Position numbers and translations under genes: made by a program
The notes under the pieces: generated by a model
Databases searched by the model: none
What the model saw: the letters and a program-made list of their open reading frames with translations, nothing else
Told to the model about the DNA's origin: nothing
Assembly (NCBI GenBank): GCA_030704615.1
Contig: CM060734.1
Coordinates: forward strand, 61,008,001-61,072,000
Source of the DNA: Takakia lepidozioides
Taxonomy: Eukaryota; Plantae; Bryophyta
DNA length: 64,000 nucleotides
Direction: 5' to 3'
Shown: piece after piece, positions 1 through 13,151 of the stretch
How positions within the stretch are numbered: position 1 is the stretch's first letter
Layout of the letters: every line of letters begins with the position of its first letter

Positions 1-3000
1 AAATCTAACACTGGAGGTATGGACCCCGAGTTACTGCCGCCCACAAGTGGATTGGGAGCCCCACTTACCCCAAGAGGAACAAGAGGAGGCGATTGCCCAG
101 AGCCAACAGCCCCTCTCCCCACACCCCCTCTTGCTAAACCAACCTCTCCTATACCAGCTCCCACCCTCCGACTCAGGCCACCTCCATCCTCCTCCTTCGT
201 TCTTCCTAACAAACTACCTTGGGCAAGTAGTAAAGCCCCTGTTGCGATGGTTGGTTTTGCTGTCAGTGACCGTCCTGCCACTGCACCTGGGAGGATCCCC
301 ACAGTGGTTGAAGCGCCCAATCCACGTGCAAGAATTACAGTTCCTGCAGCTGAAGCAGCAGCCGCCACTGCGGCTGCAACAGGGCTAACCCCCGAACCAG
401 TAACTGGGGCTCCAGGGTTTACTCCACTTGTGGGGGAGCTTGCTAAGACAGGGACTGAAGGTGTGCGGGCCCCAGGTGACTCAAGTGTAGCCTCAGGGAT
501 TGCACCCTCCTCATGTACCTGCAGCTGTGACGTTGGAGACACCAAGGGTGAGACCCCTGTCGCTGTCACTGCTGCCACCTGCATGGAGATGCCATTGTAT
601 TGAACATAGAACCAGTGTTCAGTCTTTGTACCTCAGTTCATACACGTTGTTTCTCCCAGGTGGGTGAAATGTCTTCTAGATTTAAAAGCCCGTTCTCCCA
701 TGTGAACATCACTCTTTCCAGAATCACTAGCCACAAAACACACTCCTTGACATCAATCACAAGATTTGTGGGAAATCCCAGACTTAAATAGAGAGATGTT
801 TTTTATTTGTAACGATGCCAGTAGATTGGATAGGTCAACCTCTAAGACTGACACGTGAGCGAGTCATGTATAAAAGCATTTGCCAATCATATCATTTTCT
901 GAGCCTCTCCAGTCTCTCCCTAGAGTTTCTTCCACCCAGACCCCCAAACCATCCTGTACCATGTACATATCACTCTTTCCAAAATTACCAGCAACAAAAC
1001 CAGCTCCAGGACAACCCAATTGAAATCCAGAAACGAGAGCTGCCTTTCATTTGTAATCAAGCCAATAGGTATAACTCTAAGACTGGATTGCATATATGGA
1101 GACAGCTCATAGACACAAAGGGAAGTCACAACTTACAGCTTGCTGTCCAACCGGCACAACAATGGATGGCTTCAAGATTGCACCATTTGGTGCAGGACCA
1201 ACACCAGTAACTGCTGTAATGGCAGCCTGCAACAAGCCCATCCCATATCCTCTTCAATTTCCCCATCTATCTCTTTCTATTTTGCACGAGAGCAAGACAA
1301 GCGTTTCATTCAGTTTCTATATATCAGTCCATTAACTTGAGGTACCACAGCTGCAACTCAGAAAGGTTGGACTGAACTGTCACATGGTGAATGATATCAT
1401 TTGAAATCATTCGAACCAAACGTGTCATCCATACAAGTAAACAGGGATCCTGAGAGCACACTACCTTCTCTTTAACAACAATAGCTGGAGGCACGTTAGG
1501 AATAGCATCCAAAGCTTCCAAAGCTTCCATCTTGTCAAGAGGAAGTGATTGGTAGAGCTCATCCACATCTGCAAAATCCTCAAAGTCATCCTGAGGAGCA
1601 GCCAGCCGCCACAGAACTACCCATAAGCGAGTTTGATCAGACAAACAAGGCCCATACATGTCCCATCATACCATCAATCAGTCTGATTGCAACACCAATG
1701 ACCAACAGTGAACTTCATCCCATAAAGACACATGGAAAAATAGGTAGCAAGCATCAGGGCCTGAAATGAGGAAAAGCAAGGATGAGATGGACAGACAGAC
1801 ACAATCACAAACACAAGAATGAAATCGCCCTGCTTGAGCCATCCATTTCAACACAGGCATGTATTGGTGTATGCAAAGATGGCATGTGAGAGCCTTAGGT
1901 TAGAAACAAGACTACACTCAGAACATTCTGTGTAACCTGCACAGCCATTACCAGAGGAGCTCAACCAGAGTCCTTGGGAAGCCAGGACCCCACAACAAAG
2001 CTACCCTGATCAGTCACCCGTGAGGAAGGTCATCCAGCCACAATATGAGTATCCAGGACTAAGCAGACAGGCTATACTTAAGCTTGGGTCATAGAAGAGC
2101 CTGAAAGATGAAAGAGAGAACAAGGCGGGTGGGAAGAATCTTTCACAACAGAGAGAGTTGAAAAAGAGATTGTACCTGATTGCGCTCGACATAATCTTCT
2201 ACAAAGTCTTTTACATCATTGACCTGATCAGGGCTTAGTTCATCATTGTCCAATAGTCTTAGAATGAGTTCCAACTTAATAATGTGCAGCTTGTGCCGTG
2301 CTATTGACTCCTCCAAGTGTGTCTGTTATCCCAGTCCAGGTCACCACGAAAATCAGATCCACTGGAAAGAGGACACTCACGCACAGACCACCAGATAAAG
2401 TAGTAAATCCTAAACCAAGCAGTAAAGCAGTGACAATCACTCTTCTCTGACGTCAGGCAATCCAGAAAGAAGGGGAACACAAAATTACCAAACGTGGCGG
2501 CCGAGCCTTGCCCTTCTTCACTTGGAGACCCTCCATCTCCGCCTCAAAAGAGTCAATTTGAGATTCCAGCTCACTGACCTGGAAACAGAAGCACTCCTAA
2601 ATCAGCAGATTGACAAAAAACAACTACCAAAACCACTCACAATTCCCAGACAGTACTAACAGCCTACCTACTCTTACCTAATGTATGTAACAAAAAGACC
2701 AAAATCTCAGGTGTTCAACAGAGAATTATTGAATGTTTGATGTGTGAGAGGCACAGCATGTACCAACAAGATGTTGTTAGCCTTTTAGCCATAGACCCCA
2801 TGCCCAGTTTGAGCAGAACAAACAGGAACAGACACAACCTTTATGAGGGGCTTCCTCCAGTGTGACTTACCATGATATAAGCAATTAGTTTGGCCTCTCC
2901 ATATTTCCTCTAGAAAGCAATCCACACAAGCATCAATCTGCTGTGTGTGAGCTTGCCAGCAATTAGACCCTAATAAGACCAGGAGGGTTGCTCTCTGATG

Positions 3001-6000
3001 ATAATACCCCAGACATTGCATCAGAAAATGGATGCTGTCTTCAGGCTGCCCGCACATCAGGCTTTGACAATCTCCCTTTCCGGTTTGCAAATGTTGTTCA
3101 AAGGGGGACTACTTGCCCTGACTTTAAATTTCAGTCTAGTGCTGAGCATAGGTAGAGATTGTACTCATAAGACGTTGTTTGCCGTAGCCTTGTGGCCATT
3201 GACCCTGCGCCCAGTTTGAGCGGGAACAAAAGGGACAGAACCTACCTCTGTCAGGGGCTGACGTTGGTAGTAAGACTTACCTCCATATAAAGAACTAATC
3301 CGGGTTTTCCAGATATCCTCTAGAAATCCCTTCACACAAGCATCAATCTGCTGTGTGTGATTTGCCCAAAAACTAGGCCTCAGGAGGGCCTGGGCTTTTG
3401 GCTCAGCCTCGAGACTTTCAAAGTTGGTAAACAGGGGTACAGGCACAATTCCCTTAATAGATTTGAAGAGAGCGTCTCTTTGGTGAGAGAACCCCGGACA
3501 GTGTATCAGAAAATGAATACTGTCTTCAGATTGCCCACACAACGGGCAATTGCACTCTCCCTTTCCTCTCTGCTTCTGTTTGCTGTTCAAAGGTAGGCTT
3601 CCTGCCCTGAGTTTAAATTTCAGTCTAGTGCCGAGAGTGGGTAGACCCTTGAGGTCATCCAAGATGTCCTCCCCCATGTCACAGACTGGAAACAAGTTCA
3701 GGGAAGTTTTCTGCCTAACTTCATTTTCATCAGACAATCTCATGGCAACAGACATGGCTGAGGACACTACAGCCCCTAAGTCAGATTTATCCAGCAGGGT
3801 CAAGACTTGCGGATCCAGGTCCAGGTCCTTGAGGATCTCTTCTACTCTCTTCTGCCAGGACTTAGCCTGTTTGACAGGGCGGTCCTGTTTCCAAGATATA
3901 GAGTCGATTAACTTAGGATATCTGGTGTTGGGCATATGTTGCAGCCGACCCCACCATCTGACCTTGAATTCATCTCGTCGGGAGCTTAAGGATGGAATGC
4001 CAAACTCACCCCGAACAGCCACATTGGCTGTTTTGGAGCATGCTGACATACACTCCTTAAGCACCCCCACTTGAATGGATTCTAGAGACTTAGCCTGGTT
4101 GGAGTTATCAACCCATATAGCAGATCCGTACTCCAAGGCAGGTCTAATAACGCGACAAAGCATGGTTTTCTTAACCTCAGAGTTGACCCCTCTGCAGTGG
4201 AAAAATTTAGTGAGCCCCAGAGCTTTGCCCTTGCCAGTTTGAATAACTTTCCGGATATGTGATCCCAATTACAATTGGAGGAGAACTCAACGCCCAGGTA
4301 AGTGTAGGAAGGGAGGACCGGGATCTCTTGGCTACCCCACAGCCACTTAAGATCACTTCCTCCCTCTCCTCTGTCGTTGAATGCTACCACTGCACATTTG
4401 CTGACATTAGCCTCTAGCCCCCAAAGATCAAAGTATCTCTTCGCGCAATCAATCAACTCCTGGAGATTGGTTGGAGTCTCCCCTATGCCTGCGAAGTCAT
4501 CCGCAAACATAAGGGCTGGTATGGTGGTATCACCCACCCTTAACCCAAATCCCTCACTTTCCACATCCTCGAGGAGTTGATTGATGAAAACATTGAAGAG
4601 CAGAGGGGAGAGAGTACATCCTTGAGCTACACCTTGGTCTGTGTCAAAGATGTTGGACTTCTGTCCGTTAACAGTGACACCGCTTTTGGTGTGAGCATAC
4701 AAGTTGTGGACAACTCTCCACATCTTTCCCTTGATCCCACAAGACCAGAGGCGGAACCATAGGCCATCTCTCCACAGTGTCATAAGCCTTTTTGACATCC
4801 AGGAAAAAGACATAAGTGGGTTTCCCTTCTTTTTTCCTTCCCTGGATAATCTGGCTTAGAGTGAAGATATGATCCACACAGCCCCTGTTTCGCCGAAAGC
4901 CAGCTTGGCCTTCGTGGAAACAACCTCTAGACTCCAGATCAACCTCGAGACGAGTACTTATAACTCTGCAGAATGTCTTGCCAACAGCATTGAGGAGCGT
5001 GATGCCACGGTAGTTCCCCGGTTCTTCTCTGTCACCCTTCTTGTATAGATTGACAATGACCCCCTGTTGCCAGCGAAAGGGGATCATTTCAGTCTTCCAG
5101 ATAAGGTTAAAGAGGAGAACTAGGTAGAGAGAGAGAGAGAGAGAGAGAGAGAATGTACTCATAAGACGTTGTTTGCCATTGACCCCACAAAGGGACACAA
5201 ACTACCTTTGTCAGGGGCTGACGCCGGTAGTGTGACTTACCTTGGAACAGACCATTAATCCAAGTTTTCCAGATACCCTCTAGAAATCCCTTCACCCGAG
5301 CATCAATCTGCTGTGTGTGGTTTGCCCAAAAACTAGGCCCCAAAAGGGCCTGGGCTTTTGGCTCAGCCTCAAGACTTTCAAAGTTGGTACACATAGGTTC
5401 AGGCACCATACCCTTGATGGGTTTGAAAAGGGTGTCTCTCATGAGAATACCCAGGACAATGAATCAGAAAATGAATATTGTCTTCAGGTTGCCCACACAA
5501 CGGGCAATTGCAATCCCTCTCTTTCCTCTCTGCATCTGTTTGCTGTTTGAAGGTAGGGTTCCCACCCTGAGTTTAAATTTCAGTCTAGAGCCGAGGGTGG
5601 GTAAACCCTTGAGGTTATCCATGATGGAGAGAGAGAGAGAAGTTACCATGTTATTCAGCCAATCCCGTGACTCTCCTTTCGCTTTCTCCCTTGGATCCTG
5701 CTCAGGATCAGAGAACGGGTGATTATTAGTGACAACTGGAGCACTGTAAAAGTACGGTTCAACAAGGTGTCCACCTTCCCAACAGAAGGCAGTAGCCCTT
5801 TGGGATGAAGTGACACCATGAGTTACACTTGCTTTGGCAAGGGCCTTCCCCTCTCGCTCTCTCTCTCGGGTTCAACACATCAGCATCGCATTAAAGACCT
5901 GGGTGCACCCACCTGTCTTATCATGTCCACTACGAATCACTCCGGATACTCAAAAAGTGACAGACTGCCTTCTGTGCAGTCAAGTGCTTGAGGGATGCAA

Positions 6001-7240
6001 GGAAGACATCCTAGTCTTAAAATCAAGCAATGAAATAACTACACACCGTCTTAGGTTGCTGGCCCAGGCCTTCTTTGGAAAATGCTTTAGTTTTTGTCTC
6101 CTTCTCACACACTTTGAACCGCTCCATCTCCCGTTCTATTAGTTTCCGTGCATCAAGAAGTGCCTGCTCAACAGACCAGCAGACTACATCAACTGTTGCA
6201 ACTCTATTAGCCAAAGTTGAAAAAAGAGACAGTACCCTTTCTCCACTAATATACACTATCCTCAACAAACAACCACAGACCAGGCACACTGGTCATGCAT
6301 AACTTCAGGGTAAAACAGGAGTATTTGACACACACACACCTTCTTGTCCTTTATTTCACTGGACTGTATCCATGTCTTAATTTGGTCGCGATACCGTTGC
6401 AGCTTCTTGATTTCCTTCTTCAAATCTGCCTCAAACTTCTCCTTTTGATTTGCGTTCTCCGTGTCATAGACCTACACCCCAGGAAAACTTTATTCCAAAA
6501 CTCTAAAGACCAAACCAGCCTCCAGATCCAGAACTTGAGTTAGACAGGCACCATGACGTTGGAGCTTCAAGAAGACATCTCCATGCCTGATCAGCCAAGT
6601 TCAAAAATAAAAGGAATGCGACTGTCACTGTTTCACCAAAGCTACTTAGGAGCATCATCTGTGCATATTGCAAGGGATCCCTACACCAAACCAAGTCAAC
6701 CAGTTGCCAGAAGCATCAATGCAAAGGTTTACATTACAAACATGATGCCATCCTAGTGTGTTCAGTGTATGATGGTGGGATCTACCTCCCTCCCTGTGAT
6801 GTGTGTTCCTTAGGACCCTTTGAATTTCCCCTTTGCAGACCTCTAGTTACAGTGAAGGGGGTATCCAGAAACCAGAGCACAGTGGAATTCAAATAATTGT
6901 TTAGACTGGAACAGGGAACACCCTAGAGACTCCTTGCAAGGAGACCAGAGAACACTCCGCAAGGACAATACATTTGACCTAGCAGCCTGTTACAGACCTA
7001 AGTGTATGGAGTTAAAACGGGGTAATACCGGGCCCGTTGCAAATCTGCCCACGCCTGCACACCCACGAGAGGGATAGTAGGGGGACCCCTAATTCTTTGT
7101 CTTGACGAAGAGACAGACACGGGAAAATACAGAGGGGGCCAGCAAACCTTGTTCCAGATGCTGTCAAAAACATCAACCCCTTCTTGCACTTTCTTCAAAA
7201 CTCTGTCAATCTCTCCTTGCAGCTTCCGTGTTGCTCCCAT
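1..7240 (-). CDS. NOT3: CCR4-NOT complex subunit NOT3 (5' part; continues off the left edge)
   Basis: Spliced exons read [31 protein letters not shown] (7148-7240), [44 protein letters not shown] (6340-6471), [39 protein letters not shown] (~6046-6162), [17 protein letters not shown] (~5647-5697), [17 protein letters not shown] (~2489-2578), [28 protein letters not shown] (~2176-2322) and [18 protein letters not shown] (~1465-1590). These match the conserved Not3 N-terminal domain and are followed by a low-complexity exon at 1-~578. Confidence 0.95.
2755..3155 (-). mobile_element. Older, diverged 3'-end fragment of a non-LTR (LINE) retrotransposon in a NOT3 intron
   Basis: Diverged homolog of 3160-3640 ([23 protein letters not shown]) with an internal deletion. 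Confidence 0.85.
3159..5120 (-). mobile_element. 5'-truncated LINE (reverse transcriptase plus C-terminal CCHC), frameshifted, in a NOT3 intron
   Basis: RT motifs [33 protein letters not shown] and FADD are split over three ORFs. C-terminal [18 protein letters not shown]. Flanked by the 10-bp direct repeat TAGGTAGAGA (3149-3158 and 5121-5130). Confidence 0.93.
5152..5627 (-). mobile_element. 3'-end copy of the same LINE, flanked by (GA)n tracts
   Basis: Highly similar to 3160-3660. (GA)n on both sides (5125-5152 and 5628-5640). Confidence 0.9.
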
Positions 7241-7650
7241 GGTGCCTGCCCTGCTCCTTTACAAAGATCCTTCCAATGACTGCCAGGTACTACTAGCCCT
7301 CAAATCAGTCTCATAACCCTTGTGCACGGGCTGTATCTCGTCCTCTGCACCTTCTTCCCATCCAGATCCTGCATATGTTCCATCACCACACACTTGCCCC
7401 GACATCCAACTCCAGATAAAACTGCCCGCACTCCAGGATCGCTTCCGCAACTTTCCTGCCAATCTCTCTACCTCTAATCCGCAAAAGCATCCACACCCGC
7501 TACAAAGTTCACATCTCTGATACAAAACTATGATCCAACAAGAAACCCTAATTCTCGAGGAGGCACATATGGAGCAAGAGGGTTTATCGCACGGTTCCTG
7601 CAACTGCCGGTCACTGGCCACCGGTCATCACCGGCGGTCAGAGGTAACTG

Positions 7651-7823
7651 AAACCAGAATGGGGAGTTGTAGATATTCGTCCGTTGGACAACGAAGGCTT
7701 TCGTCGACGAAGGAACGGTAGGGCAACGAGGTGCAAACCAGAATGGGGAGTTGTAGATATTTGTCCGTTGGACAACGAAGGATAATCGTTCGTCGACGAA
7801 GGAACGGTAGGGCAACGAGGTGC
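7651..7823. repeat. Two-copy tandem direct repeat (~84/89 bp) between divergent genes
   Basis: aaaccagaatggggagttgtagatatt...ttcgtcgacgaaggaacggtagggcaacgaggtgc occurs at 7651-7734 and 7735-7823. Confidence 0.9.
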
Positions 7824-7857
7824 GGAGCGAGGGAGAGAAGCCTGGGAAGGAAGGCTA

Positions 7858-10800
7858 TGGTGGTGGCACGAGGGCGATCGCAGCAGCGAGTGAAGAGGGT
7901 GGTGCCGTTCTGGAATCCTCGGGAGCCAACGAGGGGGCGGAGGATGTGGAGGCCTCGCTGTTTGTATTTTCTAGCCTGCGCTCATTTCTGGCGTTGGCTT
8001 CGTCGTTCTAGCCGTAGCATTCTCTCCCTGCCCCGCCGCAAATCGAAGCTCGGAGGGCTCTCTTGTGGAAAATCTCAGTGCAATACCCCACGTTCTGGTT
8101 CCAGGGAGAATCCCGGAGTTTATGAGTCAAGAAGAGAGATCCCATCGGCATTGCGCACCTTGTCAAGAGATGCAGTTGACGAGGTTGAAAACCTAAGGAC
8201 ATATGAAGGTGGGGACATAGTAGTGCAGCTCAAGAGCGGGGAAGGCGTGCGGGCTTCCGACATGGCTCTCTTGCTGTCGGGAGGTTGGCTTAACAGCGAG
8301 GTGGTGAACACCTACATGGCCCTCATTGAGGTGTGTAACCTGCTGGCTAACAAACTGACCTAACATAGCCTTGACTAGGCCTGCAGCTAGTCATGGAGCC
8401 CTACGTTTTGGTTATTGGTATGATAAGGGAAGTGCTGTGGCTGCGCACGCAGTCTTGTTTTATCTTTTGGCTGTGTGTTAAACATGCCTGCAGAGATGCA
8501 TTGCATAGCAGATCTGCAATCCTACCAACCTTCCTAGTTCTGTACCAGCTATGTGGAGGCTTCTTTATCCGGAATGGCTGCTACTTTTAAGAGTGGAGGA
8601 TGATACTTGTTGGAGTACGAACCCGTGATGAGCATACCAGTAACAGGCAAGCGTAGGTGATTTAGCGACGGATCATACTGGTTCTACTGTCTGGAACATC
8701 TTACTGTTGGTAGTCAAAATCATCTGCTGGACACCTCTGGACTCTAAAGCTGTCCAAACAGCACATGGCAGGATTTGGTTGTGCTAGGTCTTTAAGAGCT
8801 GCATAGAGAGCTGGCCTTTTGGACAGTTCTCTAATCGCACAGTATGCTCGAGGCTTTCAGATTCTCTTGGGTCTCTGACTTCTGGTATTTGCTTCTGCAG
8901 ATTCGTAGTGAGAGTCACAGGAATTCTGTTAATAGCAAGCTGCTATCTCGAAGGTAATGTCCATGCAATTGTTATGCAAACATAATGGAGATGATATTGG
9001 TGAACATGACAATAGGCTTTGATCTATGAGTTAGGTGACGTCCTCTTTTGGAGCTGGCCCTTTTGTTTTTCAGGTTCTGTCAACATTGTCTGAGTTTTCA
9101 ATGGGGTGTGCTTGGTTTGTAGGGTTTTTCCTCGGCTATGTGCGTACAGCAGCTTCTTCTTTCAGAAATTGGTGACTTCTGGATATGATGGCGTACACCG
9201 GTGGAAGAATAAGATTGTGAGTAGCTGCATGCTCGTGACTAGTCTTGCTGTTGACCCTGCCTGAATTCAGGGTGGCTTAGGTGAGGGTGTCATGTTTGGA
9301 CTGCCCTGCAGCCTGGTATTGGAAGTAGATTGATCAGTTGTGAGGGATGACGTGTCCAGCCTTGCATGCACAGATGGAGCACTAGCTTAGGCAGGTCCTC
9401 AACATGTTCTGTTCTATCTTGCATCAGCTATCACGCCAATGTAATGTTTAGCTTGGGCGCTGTATTAGGTTTATTACCGTGGGTATTTTTCGAAGGCTGC
9501 TTCTGCTTGGGACTATGCTTATGTGATGTGGGGTGGCAGAACTGGTTTGAGTATGACATCATTTTGATTCCTGTGAATTACGTGCAATCTCACTGGTACG
9601 TATGACTGATCTCTATGGATGAGACAAGGACCCCAATAGGTCTAGCTGTTTCTAGTAGTTGATTATCAGGCTTGATTTGTAGAGTTTTACGTAGAGGAAG
9701 AGTTTGGGCTAGTCACCCTTATCACTTCAGGAGAAGGCGAGGTAGTGTGTTGTGCTCTGTACATTATATAAGGTTATGAAAGAGGGCCTGACCAAAGCAT
9801 ACCCACCCACCACACATATGATTGCCTTTTCCCTCAGCTATGTCAACTTACTGTAGCCAACCTGTGGGTCAGCCAGCTGGAGTTGGAAACCCTTCGAACA
9901 TCCTTGGGGCTGGTACAAGTCTGAAAGTTACAGCATGGATTTATTGGGACATATTTTGCGTAGAGCTCTACATTGAGTAGTGATGACATAATTGCATGGA
10001 CAAAACGTATTGGTTCTTCTCTAGTGTTTACTTTATGGGTGCACTCCCTACCGTCAATGATAGCCGTGGTGCTGGGCCTGTGGTTACTAGCTTTATTTGG
10101 CCCTAGAAATGTGTGCACCTTTTTCCTTGGGTTCTTGCTCTCACCCTAGGGCATTGTGCCTCACAGTCTTGTTTTTAACACAATATAATTACTGCAGGGC
10201 GCTGGTGGCTGTGAATATGCAAAGGCGGACGGTGGAGTATTATGATTCACTCTTGCACCGTGCATCTGCAAAAACTTACCAGTCTATTTTGACTTCAGTT
10301 GGGTGGCTGCTCAACCTGAGGTCCTTATTCATTAAGTGGTGTATGTATGCCTATGTGCTTGCATTTAGACCATGTAACATCCCTTGGAATAACCTTCTTA
10401 GGGCTGTTGAGTGAGCCCTGTCAAAGACAAGGCCTATTAAGAAGAAAAGGATTCGAAATAAGCAATTTAGATGCAATTGTTTAGGATAAAATGGTGAATA
10501 AGCCAGTGCACGTCTAGTTAACTGATTATTGCTTGAATGCAGGTCATGGGCTTCTTGACTCAAGCCTCGATGCACAAGCGTGGAACGGAACTGGAAACTG
10601 ATCAATGGACTAAAGAGATAGTAGATGGCATTCCTCAACAGGTAATGGTCATTAACAATGGAATAGAGCTCTGTTAGTGGTGCAAATGTGTTTGCAGACT
10701 GTCAGGCTTAGTCAATATATAATGCGTTATTGCGAGAAAGGATTCCTGGATTGGATGTATAATATTAAACCTAAGGTTACTTTGATGTCAAGTATTTAGG

Positions 10801-10983
10801 CTAATCATACGAATGTTTCTTGTTGATTCTCAGGAAGATGGAAGCGGTTGTGGAGTTCACCTTTGTGTTGTTGCGGAGCTATTAGCCCGGGGTGTGCAAT
10901 CACCCTTTTCCTTTTCCTCAAACGACATACCTCAAATGAGATGGGGTATAGCAGCTGAACTACTTGCAGGGCGGGGGTGTTGA
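7858..10983 (+). CDS. Ulp1/SENP-family (peptidase C48) SUMO/ubiquitin-like protease
   Basis: Exons ~7858-8330 (WLNSEVVNTYMALIE), 8901-8953, 9124-9216 (SSFFFQKL...GYDGVHRW), 9540-9595 (DIILIPVNYVQSHW), 10198-10297 (ALVAVN...EYYDSL), 10544-10641 (GIPQQ) and 10834-10983 (EDGSGCGV...). The His-Asp-Cys triad and oxyanion Gln are present. The start codon is uncertain. Confidence 0.85.
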
Positions 10984-12524
10984 ATGCCCTTCATACACCC
11001 AGTGTACCTTGCATGGCCTTCTATGCGCCTCAATCCTCAATCGTGTCACTTGGAACTTCTCAATGTCAAGGTGACTTATTTCCACCATGTTTCAGTTAGA
11101 AAAGACCTTGAAACACAAATGTTGTGATGGGTATTCTATAAGCCTTGAATTGGTAGACTAAAGTGTGATTTCCAACCCCTTAAACTTCAACATCCAAGAC
11201 CATGAGGTACATTTGGGGTCATCATCACATAGATGGGAGTGGTTATCGTGTGGATCTCTGGATCTATGCATTTATTTATCGTGTTTGAGCTAAACGGATG
11301 CTCTGAGAGTCTTGTCAAATACTCACCTCTCCTGCTGTTGGCTCTTTTCACCTCGAGGTTCTGGTCTGGGAGAACCTGGTTTCCAGTGTTTGTGTGGTAG
11401 GCAAATTAAGATTAGTCATGCCTATCTCGCTCACCTGTAACGACGCAGCTCTGTACCTGATGTCTTCTATACAATTTTAAGCTAAGGCATTTCACAAAGA
11501 AGTTGCATTAGCTCTCATGACATGCTATGACTGTTTACAGATATCACCCGTGTTGGAGCTCAAAGAGCTGGTAGAAGATGCAAGCATTTGGATGAGGGTA
11601 CTGCAGCTGACATGCTGGGGAGGGGCAATATACAAGCAGGGGGGCAGAATAGGATAGAAGACTATCCACATTGTCACAAGTCTCTTCAATCATTTGCGAT
11701 TTAAAGGAGGTGGAAAAGGGAGATGTAGAGGGAAAAGGGAGAAAAACTATGATACTGGATTTCCAATCATGTGCAAGGAGTAGAAGATAACAGCACTAGG
11801 AAGTAGGAAATCTGATGACTGGATTGAAACGCAGCCAGAGGAAGAGTGTGACGGTTATTGCTGGTATCGTTCACCTGCATATCTTGTAATTAGGAAATGC
11901 TGCACCTGCGGTGTTCAGTGTTTGGTAAGATAGTTGTCTGTAGTTGGGCTGGCCACCGAGTGTGGATGTGGAATCTTAAACCACGGAAAAGGAAGGCTAC
12001 TGTCACATTACATGACTCCACTTTGTAGGTGTGGGAAGACAGGTTTGGGAGCACCGACCCACTAGCACCAGGTCTCCAGACACTATCTACTATCCAGTTG
12101 CCTTCAAAGTGTTGATCTATTACAGCCACTCTTGACTACAAATGAAACCTGAATGGTATTCCATGGGAAACTGACTGGCATGTACTACACACATACCATT
12201 GATGAGTATGGGAAGCTGTGATTGTGGGTTGTCAGAAATAATTTATTTTGATTAGGCACTTGTTTTTCGAATTAACTTCTGCCTAACCAGCTATCCCACT
12301 AGGGTAGATGCATTTCATCCTCGGGTATGGGGTCGTCTTCTTCAAAGAGCAGGGCCGCGGTTATGGGAAGTGCCCGGTGGCAGAAGAGTCCTATCCGTTC
12401 TGGGATGGCGAGCTAATGGCAGGCTGCCATGTCACGCAATCTGGGCTTCCAGCATTCTGTGTGTGCGTTTGTGTGGCCTGCCAAATTCTATCTTGTGCGC
12501 TTGCTCGTCTCTCTGCTTGCAGCT

Positions 12525-13151
12525 ATGGCGTCCACGGCTGTGCAAATCCACGTCAATGCATCCCTCCATACCCGTTTCACCCACTCCAGCTCCCTGTTTG
12601 AACACTCATCGTCTGCATTGCCAAGTGATTGCTTTCAGAAAGTTGGCAGGCGCTTCTCACTGTCAGTCTCTGCACAGACTTGTGAGAGAAACAGCGGCTT
12701 AGACAAGCCCAATGGCAATGGGATTGCAGAAGGACATGCCCAAGCCCTGCCATCAGTCTCTAGAAGAGATATAACGCTTGCCACCATCTCTGGAATGGTC
12801 GCCCTTGCAAGTGTTGGTCCAGCATTGGCCGATTATGACGAAGACTACAAGAAGGAGACGCAGGACGTGATTAATGCAGTGAAAACCACTCTCAATCTGG
12901 ATAAGACGGACCCCGCCAAGGCAGATGCAGTAGCTTCCCTGAGGCAGTCATCAAATGACTGGGTTGCAAAGTACAGGAGGGAGAAGAAGGTGGCGGGCAA
13001 GCCATCCTTCAGTAACATGTATTCGGTCTTGAACGCCATATCAGGCCACTATATCAGTTTTGGCCCTACCTACCCAATTCCTGTCAAGCGCAGGGATCGT
13101 ATTTTGGAAGAGGTGAAGGACGCCGAGAAAGCTCTTAGCCGAGGCAGGTGA
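12525..13151 (+). CDS. PSB27: Photosystem II assembly/repair factor Psb27 (thylakoid lumen)
   Basis: Ser-rich transit peptide, twin-Arg signal (SRRD...PALA) and mature domain DYKKETQDVI...NDWVAKYRREK...SFSNMYSVLNAISGHYISFGPTYPIPVKRRDRILEE. The ATG follows a ttgcag acceptor, so a 5'UTR intron is likely. Confidence 0.93.
   Translation: MASTAVQIHVNASLHTRFTHSSSLFEHSSSALPSDCFQKVGRRFSLSVSAQTCERNSGLDKPNGNGIAEGHAQALPSVSRRDITLATISGMVALASVGPALADYDEDYKKETQDVINAVKTTLNLDKTDPAKADAVASLRQSSNDWVAKYRREKKVAGKPSFSNMYSVLNAISGHYISFGPTYPIPVKRRDRILEEVKDAEKALSRGR

Noticed and set aside
19-603. 194-aa plus-strand Pro/Thr-rich ORF
   Set aside because: It is the antisense shadow of the NOT3 low-complexity exon.
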